Source: Eledone cirrhosa (Eukaryota). Taken from it: a DNA stretch of 64,000 nucleotides. The notes under the pieces are model-generated. The model did no database searches, had not been told where the DNA came from, and saw only the letters and a list, made by a program, of their open reading frames with translations. The stretch covers positions 19,034,001 through 19,098,000 of the forward strand of contig OZ024741.1 in assembly GCA_964016885.1 (NCBI GenBank). Reading direction: 5' to 3'. A program made the translations under genes and the position numbers. This document shows, in pieces, positions 23,701-36,890 of this stretch (within the stretch, counting starts at the first letter, position 1; the number at the start of each line of letters is the position of its first letter).

Positions 23701-25701
23701 ATATATATATATATATAATTGAATCAAGTATTTCAATGACCTAAATATGTATATAAATATATCATTACATGTAGAATATTAACTTTCTCTCTCTATACCT
23801 GATCTTATCTGTCAGGGAACAACAACAACAAACACTACCACCACCACCACCACCACAATAACAGTCACTGCCACCACAACAACAAACACTACCACCACCA
23901 CCACCACAATAAGTCACTGCCACCACAACAACAAACACTACCACCACCACCACAACAACAGCAACAATCACTAGCACCACCACCACCATCACAACCACCA
24001 CCACAACAACAATCACTAGCACCACAACCACCACCACAACAACAACCGCAGCAATCACCACCACTACCACCACCACAACAACAACAATCACTAGCACCAC
24101 TACAACAACAAGAACAACATTTTCATTTCATGAAATAGGAAACAGAAAGAGGACTGTTGACACCACACCAAATAAATCTTGTATAAATGCTTCTGCAGAC
24201 TCCCCCCCCCCCTCCACTCCTGGGGTGGTGCAGCCCCATCACTGCCACACCCTCCCTCTTCCCCCTCCTATTCTTCTGTGACCCCAGAATCCTTGCCCTT
24301 CATTTTCTGATTTTAAATATCCGTAGTGTTGTTATTTGAAATAGATTTGTTTGATATTTTTTAAATTTTTATTAATAAAACCATATCTAGTGAATGTCTC
24401 CACCGCCACCCCCAACACACACTTTCACTCATGTAGTTTACCAACCAACAGAGACACGGTCACCCGATCAATCTTGCCTCAAGTGGGACAATTCCCATCT
24501 AACCCATGCTAGCGTGGAAGATAGACGTTAAACGATGATGATAATGATATATATGGTACCATGAAAATGCACCTAGTACACTCTGTAAGGGTGTAGAAAG
24601 GGCACCTCACTTTTATGTTGGTGAGAACAAGGGCACCTCACTTTAGAAACCATGCCTAAAAGGGTTGAGAAGATCCTTCAGCTGTGTCAAAGACACAATA
24701 ACCTCTCTAGTGTTGGTGATCTACACATTAAACACACACAGTACATGCTGTAAAGTGGTTGGTGATATGAAGGGCATCCAGCTGTAGAAAGCTTTCCAAA
24801 CAGGTTAGGATGATCCTTTAGCTATGTCAAGGGCATGACACTCTCCCTAGTGTTGGTGATCTACATAATAAAAGCACCTAGTACACACTGTAAAGTGGTT
24901 GGTGTTAGAAAGGGCACCCAGCCATAGAAACCTTGCCAAACAAGAAGGTTAGGAGGACCCTTCAGTTTGTGTCAAAAGACACAACTTCTCTTCATCATTA
25001 ATAATGACCATACATAAACAGGATACATACCTCCTTGGCCTGGGTCATCAGTCACCCTGCTTCAGTACTGACTCAGTCTATGTAGATCCGTCCCACCCTC
25101 ACTAGCATGGAAAGTGGACGTTATAGTTTCATTGTCTGAAATCTCAATGAATTGTTTGTTTAATATCTGTTGAGTATGTGATATAAAAACAATACAGAAA
25201 TCGTACCAAAATGACAATAGACAAAACAGCCAATATATATTTGTTTCTTCAAATTCAAATAAGTTTTGATAAATATATTTCTGTGTGAAGGTGCATGGCC
25301 TAGTGGTTCGGGTATAGAACTCCCAGGGTAGGCAGTGTGTTGTGCCTTTGAGCAAGTCACTTCATTTCACATTGCTTCAGTCTATTCAGCTGGTGTCCAG
25401 TCAAGGGTAAAAGTTTTTTTTATATTAGGACTCGGGGCCCATATTAAAACTTCCTATGAGATTCAACCTTGAGCGAGTCACTTCATTGTTCTGGTCCATT
25501 CAACTGGAAATAATGGGTTGTAGCTGTAATTCAAAGAAGCAGCTTAGTCAGTCATTTCATGTTGAATCTTCAGAAGAAATAAATTAAGAGTACGTATGTC
25601 TATGGAATGCTCAGCCACTTGCACATTAATTTCATGAACAGGCTGTTCCATTGATTGAATAACTAGAACACTCTTGTCAGCAATTATACATATATATATA
25701 T

Positions 25702-25767
<66 letters not shown>

Positions 25768-25919
25768 ATTATTCTATGTACTATACATGCACCTTTGAGG
25801 AGTTGTAGTGCACCTGAGCACTTTACACAATAATTTCATTATTATTAAATGAAAGACCAAGGAAAACAGTCGTTGCACATACATGTTAGGTGTATGAAAC
25901 TTTGTTTATACTATGTGTA

Positions 25920-26820
25920 TGTCATCATCATCATTTTACGTCCGCTTTTCCCTGCTTGCAAGGGTGGGATGGGTTTTATTCAGCATCTTTTCACTTGTCA
26001 CGGTCCTTCGTCATCTCCACCATGAGCTTCAGCGATCTAAGGTCTGTTCTCACCACCTCCGCCCATGTTTTTCGTGGTCTACCTCTACCACGTCTTCCTT
26101 CAACTGGAATTTCCTGGCACTTCTTCACTCATCGGTCACCCTCCATGCGCATCACATGTCCATATCACCGCAGTCTCCTCTCTCGCACACTACATTCTAT
26201 CCCTCTCAGACAGTTTCTCTCTCAACACATTCATGCTTGGTCGTTCACGCACATTGACATTGCACATCCAATGGAGCATGCTTGCCTCATTTCTCTCCAG
26301 CCGTTGCATATCCTCTGCAGTTACTGCCCATGTCTCACTACCATGCAGCATCGTGCTCCTCACACAGGCATCATATAACCGGCCTTTCGTACGCAGGGAG
26401 AAACCCTTTGTCAGCAGAGGAAGCAGCTCCCTAAACTTCTTCCAACCCATCCTTATTCTAGATACTATGGCCTCGGAACCCCCCCCCCCATGCTACCACC
26501 ACTTCTATAGCACCCGTCTGCATTTGAAAAATGTGTCTATCAATGCAACTTCTACTATCTAATTTCCTTGTACATCTACTGCATACGTATTTCTCCCTAC
26601 CTGTTAGTTTGCCTGCTATCCCGCTACATCTCTAGTGTACCCAGGATCTGCATTGTGTGCATTTTATAGAATTTATGCCAGTTTTTTTTCTGCATACCGA
26701 ACATGGCCATTTCCCTGATGGAATCAGAGTTTTGTCCTCTTTTCTACACATCAACACTTTTATCTTAGCTAGGTTCACTCTCAGTCCTCTTGCTTCTAAC
26801 TGCTGTTTCCATAGCCAGAA
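25920..26820 (-). mobile_element. Old RTE LINE fragment with deletions
   Basis: GWKKFRELLPLL..RLYDACVRSTMLHGSETW and GKWPCSVCRK. Confidence 0.85.
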
Positions 26821-26831
26821 TTTATTCTCTA

Positions 26832-26895
<64 letters not shown>

Positions 26896-27040
26896 AAAGA
26901 AATAAGATTTCGCTTCAAGCATAGCTTTATACAAAAATGTATAGAAATTTCGTATTTCTAAAGAAACATGGTTTTAGGAAGCTATAGCTATGCAAACACC
27001 GGGGGTTAACGCCCTCTGGTAGTGTCCAACAGAAGCAAGA

Positions 27041-27093
27041 GGGACAACCGTCTATGCATTTCAGACTTGACTGGCCTTCTTCAGGACGGTCCC
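27041..27093 (-). ncRNA. Type I minimal hammerhead ribozyme motif
   Basis: Minus strand: accgtc-CTGAAGA-aggc-cagtcaa-gtct-GAAA-tgca-TA-gacggt, with palindromic ATGCAT in stem III. Confidence 0.75.
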
Positions 27094-27310
27094 TCCCACC
27101 GCTTGCTACTGCTGGACTTGAAAACATTGGAGAATATATAGTTTTCTCGTCTGTGTAAATGAGGTGATTAATCTCATTTGCATATGAAGCTGCATAAGTT
27201 GGCTCAACTTATAATAGAAAAGAATACCATTCTGTCATACATTAACCCTTTAGTTACCAACCTGACCAAAATCAGCTCTGGTTCTATGAAATAAAACCAC
27301 CTATTTTAAA

Positions 27311-30300
27311 TCATCATCATCATCATCATCACCGTTTTACGTCCGTTCTTCCACGCTAGCATGGGTTAGACGGGTTGTCCTGTTGTGTGCAGTGTCTGGT
27401 CAGCTGACCATGCCTTGCTCATACAGGAACTGATCTGGCTTGATTTCTACAGCTGGATGCCCTTCCTAACACCAACCTCATTTACAGTGAGTGCTGGGTG
27501 CTTTTTCATGGCGTCTACACGTCCACTTTACAGTGTGGGCTGGGTGCTTTTTTGCCGTGGCACCTCCACGACCACCTTGCGGTGGGGGGTGTGGGGGCAT
27601 ATTGTTTATATGCTTCAGCATGTACCCATGGGAGGTCGGGTACTCTGTATTACTGCGTGACGCCAGAAGTCACGGTCGTGTGTCATTGTCTTTGAGAGGT
27701 GTAATTGGGTAAGGTCGGCTTTTATCACCTCATCCCAGGTCATCTTGGGTCTCCCCCACTCCGCGGTTTCTATCTGCACCTTTTTATGCATCCTTCATAC
27801 GCATCACATGTCCATACCAGCGCAACCGCCTCTCCTGCACACAGCATTTGATTCCTCTTATGCTCAGTCTCTCTCTCAATTCATTTATGCTTTGTCGTTC
27901 ACGTATATTACTGTTACACATCCATCGGAGCATGCAGGCTTCGTTTCTCTCTAATCAACGTAAGTCTTCCACCTTCAGCGCCCAGGTCTCACTACCATGC
28001 AACATCGCTGTTCGGATACACGCATCATACAGTCTGCCTTTCATTCTGAGGGAGAAGCCTTTTGCAGCTAGCAGTGGTAGTAGTTCCCTAAACTTCTTCC
28101 ATCCTGTTCTTACCCTAGTTATTGTACTTTCTGAACACCCACCTCCGTTGCTAATTCGGTCACCTAGGTAGCAGAAGCTGTCTACTGTTTCTACAGGGCC
28201 CTCCCAGAGATTGGTGGTACTTGTTTCCTGTGGCTGTTTGCTGCTTGCTGTTTCAGCACAGCTGCTGCATGTGAATCCTACATTCTTAATTAAGCTTCCT
28301 GAGATCCCGCTACATCTCTTGTGTACCCATTGTTTGCATTTGGGGCAGAGAATGGAGTTCTTACCTACACCTTTCCTACATACTGAGCAAGGCCATTTTC
28401 CCGAGGGGATCTGGGTTCTGTTTTCTCGTCTACTTACAAGAACCTTAGTCTTGGTCATGTTGACTTTGAGACCCTTTCTCTCTAGTCCCTGCTTCCAGGT
28501 TTGGAATTTATTCTCTAGTTCTACCATAGATTCAGCTATGAGTGCGAGGTCATCAGCATACAGGAGTTCCCATGGGCATCCGGTCTTAAACTCCTCCGTT
28601 ATTGCCTGCAGGACTATGATGAACAGGAGAGGGCTAAGAACAGAGCCCTGGTGGACCCCAACCTGTACGCTAAATTCCTCGCTATACTCATTGCTAATCC
28701 TAACTTTGCTGACTGTTCCCCTATACATGGCTTGTTCCGCTTTCACAAGCCATTCATCTACTCCTAGTTTTCTAAGAGCCCACCAGATTACAGCACGTGG
28801 AACTCTGTCAAAGGCTTTCTCAAGGTCGACAAATGCCAAGTAGAGTGGCTTACTTTTAGCTAGGTACTTTTCCTGTAATTGCCTCACAAGGAAGAGGGCA
28901 TCAGTGGTGCTTCTTCCTGGTACAAACCCAAATTGCATCTCATCTATATTCACCCAGTCCCTAATCAGCTGTGCTATAACTCTTTCTGTTACTTTCATGA
29001 CCTGGTCCATCAACTTTATACCTCTATAGTTTCCTCTATCTAGTGCATCGCCTTTGCCTTTGTAGCAGTTGACAATGATGCTACTGCACCAATCTTTTGG
29101 TATGGCCCCTTCTAGTATTACCTGGTTAACGATACGTGTGGTTATAGTGTGACCTACAGACCCAGATGCCTTCAGCATCTTGGCAGCTATACCCGATGGA
29201 CCGGTTGCCTTCCCCATCTTCATATCTTTGATTGCCTTACTTACTACGCTGCTGCTGACTTGTACTGCTGGTCCCTCTATAGGGTCTACTTGGGGTAGGG
29301 TCTCTTCTTCCCATGCATTCTCCTCATTTAGTAATCTATCATAATGACTCTTCCATGCATCTTTCTTCTCAGCACTTGTGAGGGCAAGCTCACCTTTATC
29401 ATTCCGGATACACTTCTCTCCAATGACATCACAACTATCTCTGACACACTGCCTCGCAATCTTGAATACCTCCTGTTTCTGGTCCTCACGTTGTAAAACA
29501 TGCTTGAATTTTCTATCCTCTGCTTCCCTCCTAGCTAAGTATACTTGTTGCCTAGCTTCCCTCTTGGTCTCTATGTAATGTACCCTGCTCCCCCCGTTCT
29601 TCCATTCTTTCCATGCCTGTCTCTTGGCGTTAACTGCTTCATCTACCTTATTGTTCCACCACCAAGTCACTCTCCTCCTGCTTGAGGTCTTACTCCAGCC
29701 ACAGACCTCATCCGTCGCCTCTAGTAAATTATTTTTTAGGAACTCCCAGTTCTCTTCTACGTTAAATGTCTGTATCTGTTCCTCTTTACTGTCATAGGCG
29801 TTGAGTAAAATATCTTTAAATCTGTTACTGGCTGAGGGGACTTTCAGCTTCCAGATCTTTCTTCTCCAGGTTGGCCTCTGTTTCCGGGTTCGTCTAATTC
29901 TGACCGTGAGGTCGCTGACAACTAAGCTATGTTGGGATGTACATTCCTCACTAGGGAAGGCTTTTGTGTTTACGACCGTCCATCTGTCACGTCCTCTGAT
30001 GAGGATAAAATCTAACTGACTAGAGTGCTCCCCTGATCTATAGGTGATCAGGTGGTTGTCGGGTTTTTTAAAGTTTGTGTTACATATCGACATGTCATTG
30101 GCGTCGCAGAATTCTAGGAGTCTGAATCCTTCCTCATTCCTTGTGCCAACTCCATGGCCTCCATGTACTCTATTGAAGCCGTCGCAGTGTTTACCTACGT
30201 GTCCTTTAAAATCTCCTGCGATGATTAGGAAGTCCTTGTCGTCTGTTAGAGCAGTAGTGTGTATTAGGGACTCGTAAAACCTATCCTTAAGTTCGTCTGG

Positions 30301-30740
30301 CAGCTCCAATTGGGGTGCGTAAGCTGATATTATTGTGGTAATTGTCTTATTCAGGACTAGTCTGAGTTTAATGATTCTTGCATTTACCCTGTACACTGAG
30401 ATTACTTTATCTACCCACTTGTCAGCTAATAGTATACCTACACCACCCATCCCATCGTCATTTCCCACCCAGAAAAACTTGTAGCTCTGGCTTTTTCCTA
30501 CAAGGACTCTAGCAGACTCTTCTCTCCATCTAGTCTCTTGCACACAGCATACATCAACTTCCTTTCGCTCTAGCATTTCTACGATTTCTCCTGCTCTTCC
30601 TTTCATTGAGCCTACATTGATGGTACCAACTCGGAGTTTTGGGCATTTGTCGACACTCGTAGGGGAGGGTCTCTGGGTTGGCGCTTCACGTGGGTGCTTT
30701 AAATATATACAATAAGTCCTGCCATTCATTCACCATTACC
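27311..30740 (-). mobile_element. Near full-length RTE LINE (APE endonuclease + RT), premature stop at 27955, inserted in a TTAA MITE (27242-30904)
   Basis: 924-aa ORF with GTINVGS, QETR, SAYAP, AGDF, LDFI and RT motifs. AGA>TGA relative to the 10357 copy. Confidence 0.95.
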
Positions 30741-32859
30741 AATTTGAATTAAAATCTTCCAACATAATTTATATAAGAACCTTACGTTAAGTTTACTATC
30801 TTACTAATGAAATAGTTAATAATTTTAGTAAATTCCTCAAAATTCTTCATGAATTAATTAAAATAGAGTGTACTTCATTAGAAATGTGGTCATGAAAGAG
30901 TTAAAGTATTAATCTTCCTTACTCTGCCATACATACTCTTATGTATCTGTGTTTTTTTATGCAATTCTTTTATCTATGAACCTAAGTGTATTTGTTTGTG
31001 TGGCTCTGTAGGTTTCTGTGTGAGGGTATAGCTAGGTGTTAGTTATATCAGTGTGTGTGTGATTTCTTTGTCATGTAGTTCTTTCATCTATGGACATTGT
31101 GTGTGGAGGTGGGTATGTACTTGGAAGTTGACACAAAATGTTTCCTCTTTACAGTTTAGAAAAATAGGTCAGGTCAGGTTAAGACAAAATTCATAGTTTG
31201 ACCCTAGTGGGTTTGTTTCTTTCATTTCATAATTTTCCCCAAAAAGACCCCCCAGACACACACATGCACACAGCATATAATTTAATCTTTTGATCAGTAA
31301 ATTACTTACCTTTGTATCATTATTTCACTTCCTACTCTTTCCCTACCTTGTTCAGACTTCACACCTAAACATAGAAATGGGAGGTAGGGCTTGAAACAGT
31401 ACAGTACCAGTAATATATATTGGTATGCTCATATCCCATGTATTCTCGAATATAAGCTTACCCCTCCCTATTTTAGGTCTGAGAAATGGGCAAAACTCGA
31501 AACCCTGTTTATAAACCAATGCAGCTAATCAACACATTATGGTTAGATGGTGAATATAAGTTGGACCACCACCATTTTACCAGCGATTTCTTTCTTTTTT
31601 TTTTTGTCTCATAGTCCTTCGTTTATATTCAAGCATATACAGTAATTCCTGCCATTTATTCACCACCACCATTGCAGTCTTTATTTAGGCTCTGATCCCA
31701 AGTTATATTATCATCATCATCGTTTAACGTCCATCTTCAATGCTAGCATGGGTAGATATTATGTGATATCAGTTGTAGGTTCATTGCTAGTCCTGGAAAT
31801 AAGCATGTATAGGTACAGACATATCTGTGTAGTTAATGTGCTTTCTTTGCAACCATATACTTGTAAGTCTTATAACAAGGCCCTTTGAGGTAGTGTCTTC
31901 TACTATAGTCTTGGAGTGGCCAATACCAAGTGAGTGAAATTTGGTAGATGTGTGGAAGCCTGTTGTATGTGTGTGTCCATACCTATGATTACATTTACTG
32001 TTTGTTTATGTCTTTTAACTGAGCAGTTTCACATGAGAAAAAGTAAGTTCCAAACTTGAAAAAATAAGTACTGGAAACAATATGATTGACTTGAAAGACA
32101 TGCCCCAGCATGGCTGCAATCTAATGACTGAAACCTGTGAAATAATTTTTAAAATATATCCACATATAAGACAGTGGTAACCATAATTGTGGTTTACCTG
32201 CTTCTCATCTCTGTTTAATGAAGCTACAGTCCTGTGTGAGGCAGGAACCTAGTATGTTATCAAGCACTCACAGTTCTCTACATACCAGGAGAGTATGGGT
32301 GGCTACATTCTCGAGTAGGTATTGGATATCAACAGAACTCAACTAAACAGCCTATTCAGGACATTTAGCCTGGGGTCTATGAGCAACCTACAGTACTTCT
32401 TGGCCTAGTAGTGCTATTGGGGGTCATTGGTATTGTCAGTTAAAAATAAACTCTACAAGCATTTTACCACCATCTGTGTGATTTGTCTCAATGCAGGCAA
32501 GGAAACCATATTAGATGCACTTGTTAATGACTGACAAGTCATAAGATCCCAGGTTTGATCTCATTGCACAGGACCTTAGGCAGGTACCTTTTATATTCCC
32601 TTGGGTAAGCTCATTGCATTGATTGTTACTGTTAGTACAATGGGTCCTACACGACCACTTTACAGTGTAGACTGGGAACTTCTTGTCTTGACACCTACAC
32701 AGTCACTTTACAGTGTGGACTGTAGTTAACAGTATGCATTATAATATATATGTATGTATGGTCCTGTAACTCCTGATAGTCATAGGGGCGCCGTATTGGC
32801 ATATGGCGTTTCTTGGGCAGTTTAAGCCTGGCAGAGCCCATCCCTCTCCAGGCCATATA

Positions 32860-33059
32860 TGTATATCAGATAGGGTGTGGTAAAATACCAGGTGGACGAT
32901 AACCCTCCAAAGTACTCGATACTTGGGGTAATAGAGTGGGTAATATGAAAAGATTCAGGACCCCGATGGCTGAGCTCCGGCCGTTTCGATAACTAGATCC
33001 GAACTGTTTGGATCTAACTGTTGAAACGGCTGGAGCTCAGCCGCTGGGGTCCTGAATCT

Positions 33060-33066
<7 letters not shown>
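32860..33066. mobile_element. Short Penelope-like remnant with a hairpin of about 55-bp arms (32943-33066)
   Basis: tatgaaaagattcaggacccc...ggggtcctgaatcttttcata; related to 1672-1765 and 23432-23560. Confidence 0.55.
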
Positions 33067-33112
<46 letters not shown>

Positions 33113-33936
33113 AGCATGGCAAAATGACATAAAAACAATGATGATGATATATAGAGAGAGGTGTGTGTATTATTTTGTACTGACTGTCATAGAATGAGAA
33201 ACACACCTGATGTTATTGATGGGAGTGTTCTGTATTTCAAGCATAACAGGACATACACAATACACGTGTGCATTGTAAGGAAGAGACCTATATGCTACTA
33301 ATACTACTACTACTACTACCAAGCAATCTACCCTCTTATGTACCCCCCCCCCCCCCCCCAGTCATTATCATCATCATCATCACCATTATCTATTATTACA
33401 AAACCACGTTACCTCCAACACCCATTTCTCTCACTGCCACAACAACCACCACCACTTAGTATACCACTACTACCACTACCACTACTACCACCACCAACAC
33501 CACTACTACTACTATTATTATTACACACGTGTTGCAATTATTACTACCACCAGCAGCACTATTACTACTACTACTACTAATCAGCTATCACTATTGCCCC
33601 ACCACCACCACCACTACTACTACTACACCCTTGCAAGCAGGGAAAAGCTGACGTACAATGATGATGATGACACCAGTGCTGCCACCTGTAGTTGTACCTC
33701 ATTTCTCTTTAGTGTGGTTTACATTACACACTATATAGTTTGGGGGGGTGTTTCTTCACTGTTTTACCTCACCACAGTCAGGCTAGGGGGGAGCCACATG
33801 TAAACAACAAACAGGAACAACATGGAGATAAACAGACAGATAGCCAGTCAATGTCAATACAGACAGATAGTTCAACTGATAGATATATAGACAACCAGAA
33901 GGAGATATGAGCAACTACTGACTATCATATAGACCA

Positions 33937-33972
<36 letters not shown>

Positions 33973-34102
33973 TCATTTTATTAAGGCTGACTGGTGAGTC
34001 TTGAGGGTCATCAGACAAGACTCACTATTCAGCCTTAATAAAGTGAATATTAAAACTCTATTTCGGTATTGAGTACTCCTTTCTCACTGCCATCAACCAC
34101 AT

Positions 34103-34182
<80 letters not shown>

Positions 34183-34433
34183 TGTTTTTACATTTCACAG
34201 CTCATTCCTATGTAGCTATAGTTGGCCTCAAGCAAGGTAGTATATAGCAGATTTATTGGGTATTTTAATGATAGGGGCCTCAATTCTACCATATGATGAT
34301 ATAGATAGACCAGAAGGAGATATGGACAAAATACTGGCCTTTACATAAGTTGACCATCTATTATATAGATGGACAAAAATACTGACCAGTGGATAGATTG
34401 AATATATAGAACATTGTGTACTGTATATTGTAG

Positions 34434-35540
34434 AATGGCATCAAACCCACCCATAATGTCACCCTCATCCAACATCAACAACAAAAACATGTCTGTATAT
34501 TTTACTGAATATTTACAACTACAACAGCAACAACAACAGTGGAAGACAGTAGAACTGAAAGCTGTTGATGAGGACTGTTACAGTGGTGATGATGATGAGG
34601 GGGTGGTGGAGGAGGAGGGGGTAGTTGATAGCTTCACTGATACCACTACTATTAGGACTACCACCACTACCTTTAATGGCAGGGATGACCACCACCACAA
34701 TATTAACCATGACATCAACACCACCACTGCCAACACCACCACAGATATTTCCAACTACACCAACACCATAATGGCTATCAATGATATAAACACAACCACT
34801 ACCACACATACCATTGACATTGCTAACACCACCACCAACAACACTGCCAACACCAACACCGACATCACCAACACCACCACCAACAATACTGCCAACACCA
34901 ACAACACTGCCACCACCAACATCACCAACACCAACAACACTGCCACCACCAACACCACCAACAACACTGCCACCACCAACACCACCAACACCACCACCAC
35001 CTCCACCATCATCAACAACAACGATGATGAAATGAATATTAAAGAAGCTGGCTGTGAGGTTGATGAAGTGGAACAAGAGATGGGGGTATGTGATGGGATT
35101 GTGACCCCACCACAATACAGAGAACAGGAGGGCTTAGATGTAGAAGTAGGTGACACACCCGTGTCCCCACAGAGGAAAAGAGTACAGAGAAAGAATGATG
35201 TAGTTAATGGTGGGTTGTTCCCCCTGTTTACCAGAGAAGACACAGTGGAAGATGTGGGGTCAGCTGATAAGATCAAGTCCCCACTGGTTTCCAGAGAAGA
35301 TACAGTGGAAGAGGAGGGGGTAGTTGATAGGATAGTATCCCCAGCCTTCACCGCAGAAGCTACAGTGGATGAGGGGGTAGTTGACACAGCAGTATCTCCC
35401 CTATTGATGAGAAAAGACAGAGGTGAGAGGCCTGTGTTCCCCGAGTGGAAGAGAGAACACAGGAAACATGGAATGGTAAATTACTTGTGGGAACAGACAG
35501 ATCTCTGTGAACATCTCCAACACCAGAAGAATGTCATCAA
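34434..35540 (+). CDS. Putative large alternative (cassette or first) exon of the myosin V gene; acidic, Thr/Asn-rich
   Basis: About 369 open codons. Acceptor ttgtag|A and donor AA|gtaggc are both phase 2; ATG at 34435. Internal 57-60 nt repeats keep the frame. Confidence 0.5.
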
Positions 35541-35761
35541 GTAGGCAGACTCTTTTATATTTCACACACTAACACACACAGTGACACTGACACACACACA
35601 CACACATACTGTACTGTGGTGGGGGTCACAACCCCATCACACACACACACTGACACTCACACACACTAACACACGTATTGGACCTTTGTATGTCTGTTCC
35701 GACTAGTATAAAGACACACACACACACATGCTGGACCTTGTCTGTCTGTTCCAACTAATAT

Positions 35762-35816
<55 letters not shown>

Positions 35817-36599
35817 CATGTTGGACCGTCGTTAGTTCTAATGGCAATGAGTATGTTCCATTTTTTTTTTTAACTATGGAATAGCCTGCTTATGAAATAA
35901 ATGTACAAGTGGCTGAGCATTCCACAGGCATGTGTACTCTTAACAAGTCTGGCCCTTTGGATTACAGCTACACCACATATTTTCCAGTTAAGTAGACTGG
36001 AACAACGTGTAATGAAGTGACTTGCTGAAGGATACATTGCCAGGACACACACACATAAATTCTGTATACATATATATACTGTATTTACAGATAGATATGA
36101 CCCGATCTCTCACAAAGAGACAGCCCATCCTACCTTAGCATGGACATATGACGATGATCATGATATTTATGAGAGATAGTATATTGTTTTGTTTTTTTTC
36201 TGAAATGACATTTATTCACAATTGTATAAATAATATTACTCATTATTTATATACAATATATATATAATTTATATATATTATATATATATATATATATAAT
36301 TTATATACATTAATATGTAATTTATATACAATATATATATATATATATAATTTATATATATTAATATGTAATTCTTACAGAATGAAAATAGACAAATAAC
36401 ATATACAATACTTAACAAATATATAAGATAAAACAAAACAACAATTCACCACCAAGTGTAACAAATGACGGCACATCATAAGGGTCAACAGAACACTTTG
36501 ATGTATATTATTAGTTGTAGACAATTCTTGAAAGTGTTTGGGATGTGTGTGTCAGCATTGTTGACCCTCTCATCTGAAAACTACCACCATACCCCTGCC

Positions 36600-36890
36600 C
36601 TAATAGGTCATCCACCTTGTGGTCCCAGCCGACAGGCTGGAAAGCACATTGACTGAGAGGACAGCAAGGGAGACTCACTGGAACAGCCATTCCATCTTGT
36701 GGGGCTTACACCTGCGGCCAGGCAACTCCGCTGTGATAACAGTGAATAGGGATGTGGTCTGAGGGCTAAGAACACCTGAAGTTTCCACAGCTACAGGCTC
36801 TACCACAAACCTACTAGAGAGCGGCTGATACTTGGACAGGTTGCCCACCTTAGTCTGATGGGCAGCGAAGCCCGAGCTGGTCCTCAAATA
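36600..36890 (-). mobile_element. CRE-like (restriction-like endonuclease) non-LTR 3' fragment
   Basis: KYQPLSSRFVVEPVAVETSG...WLFQ*VSLAV. Confidence 0.55.
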
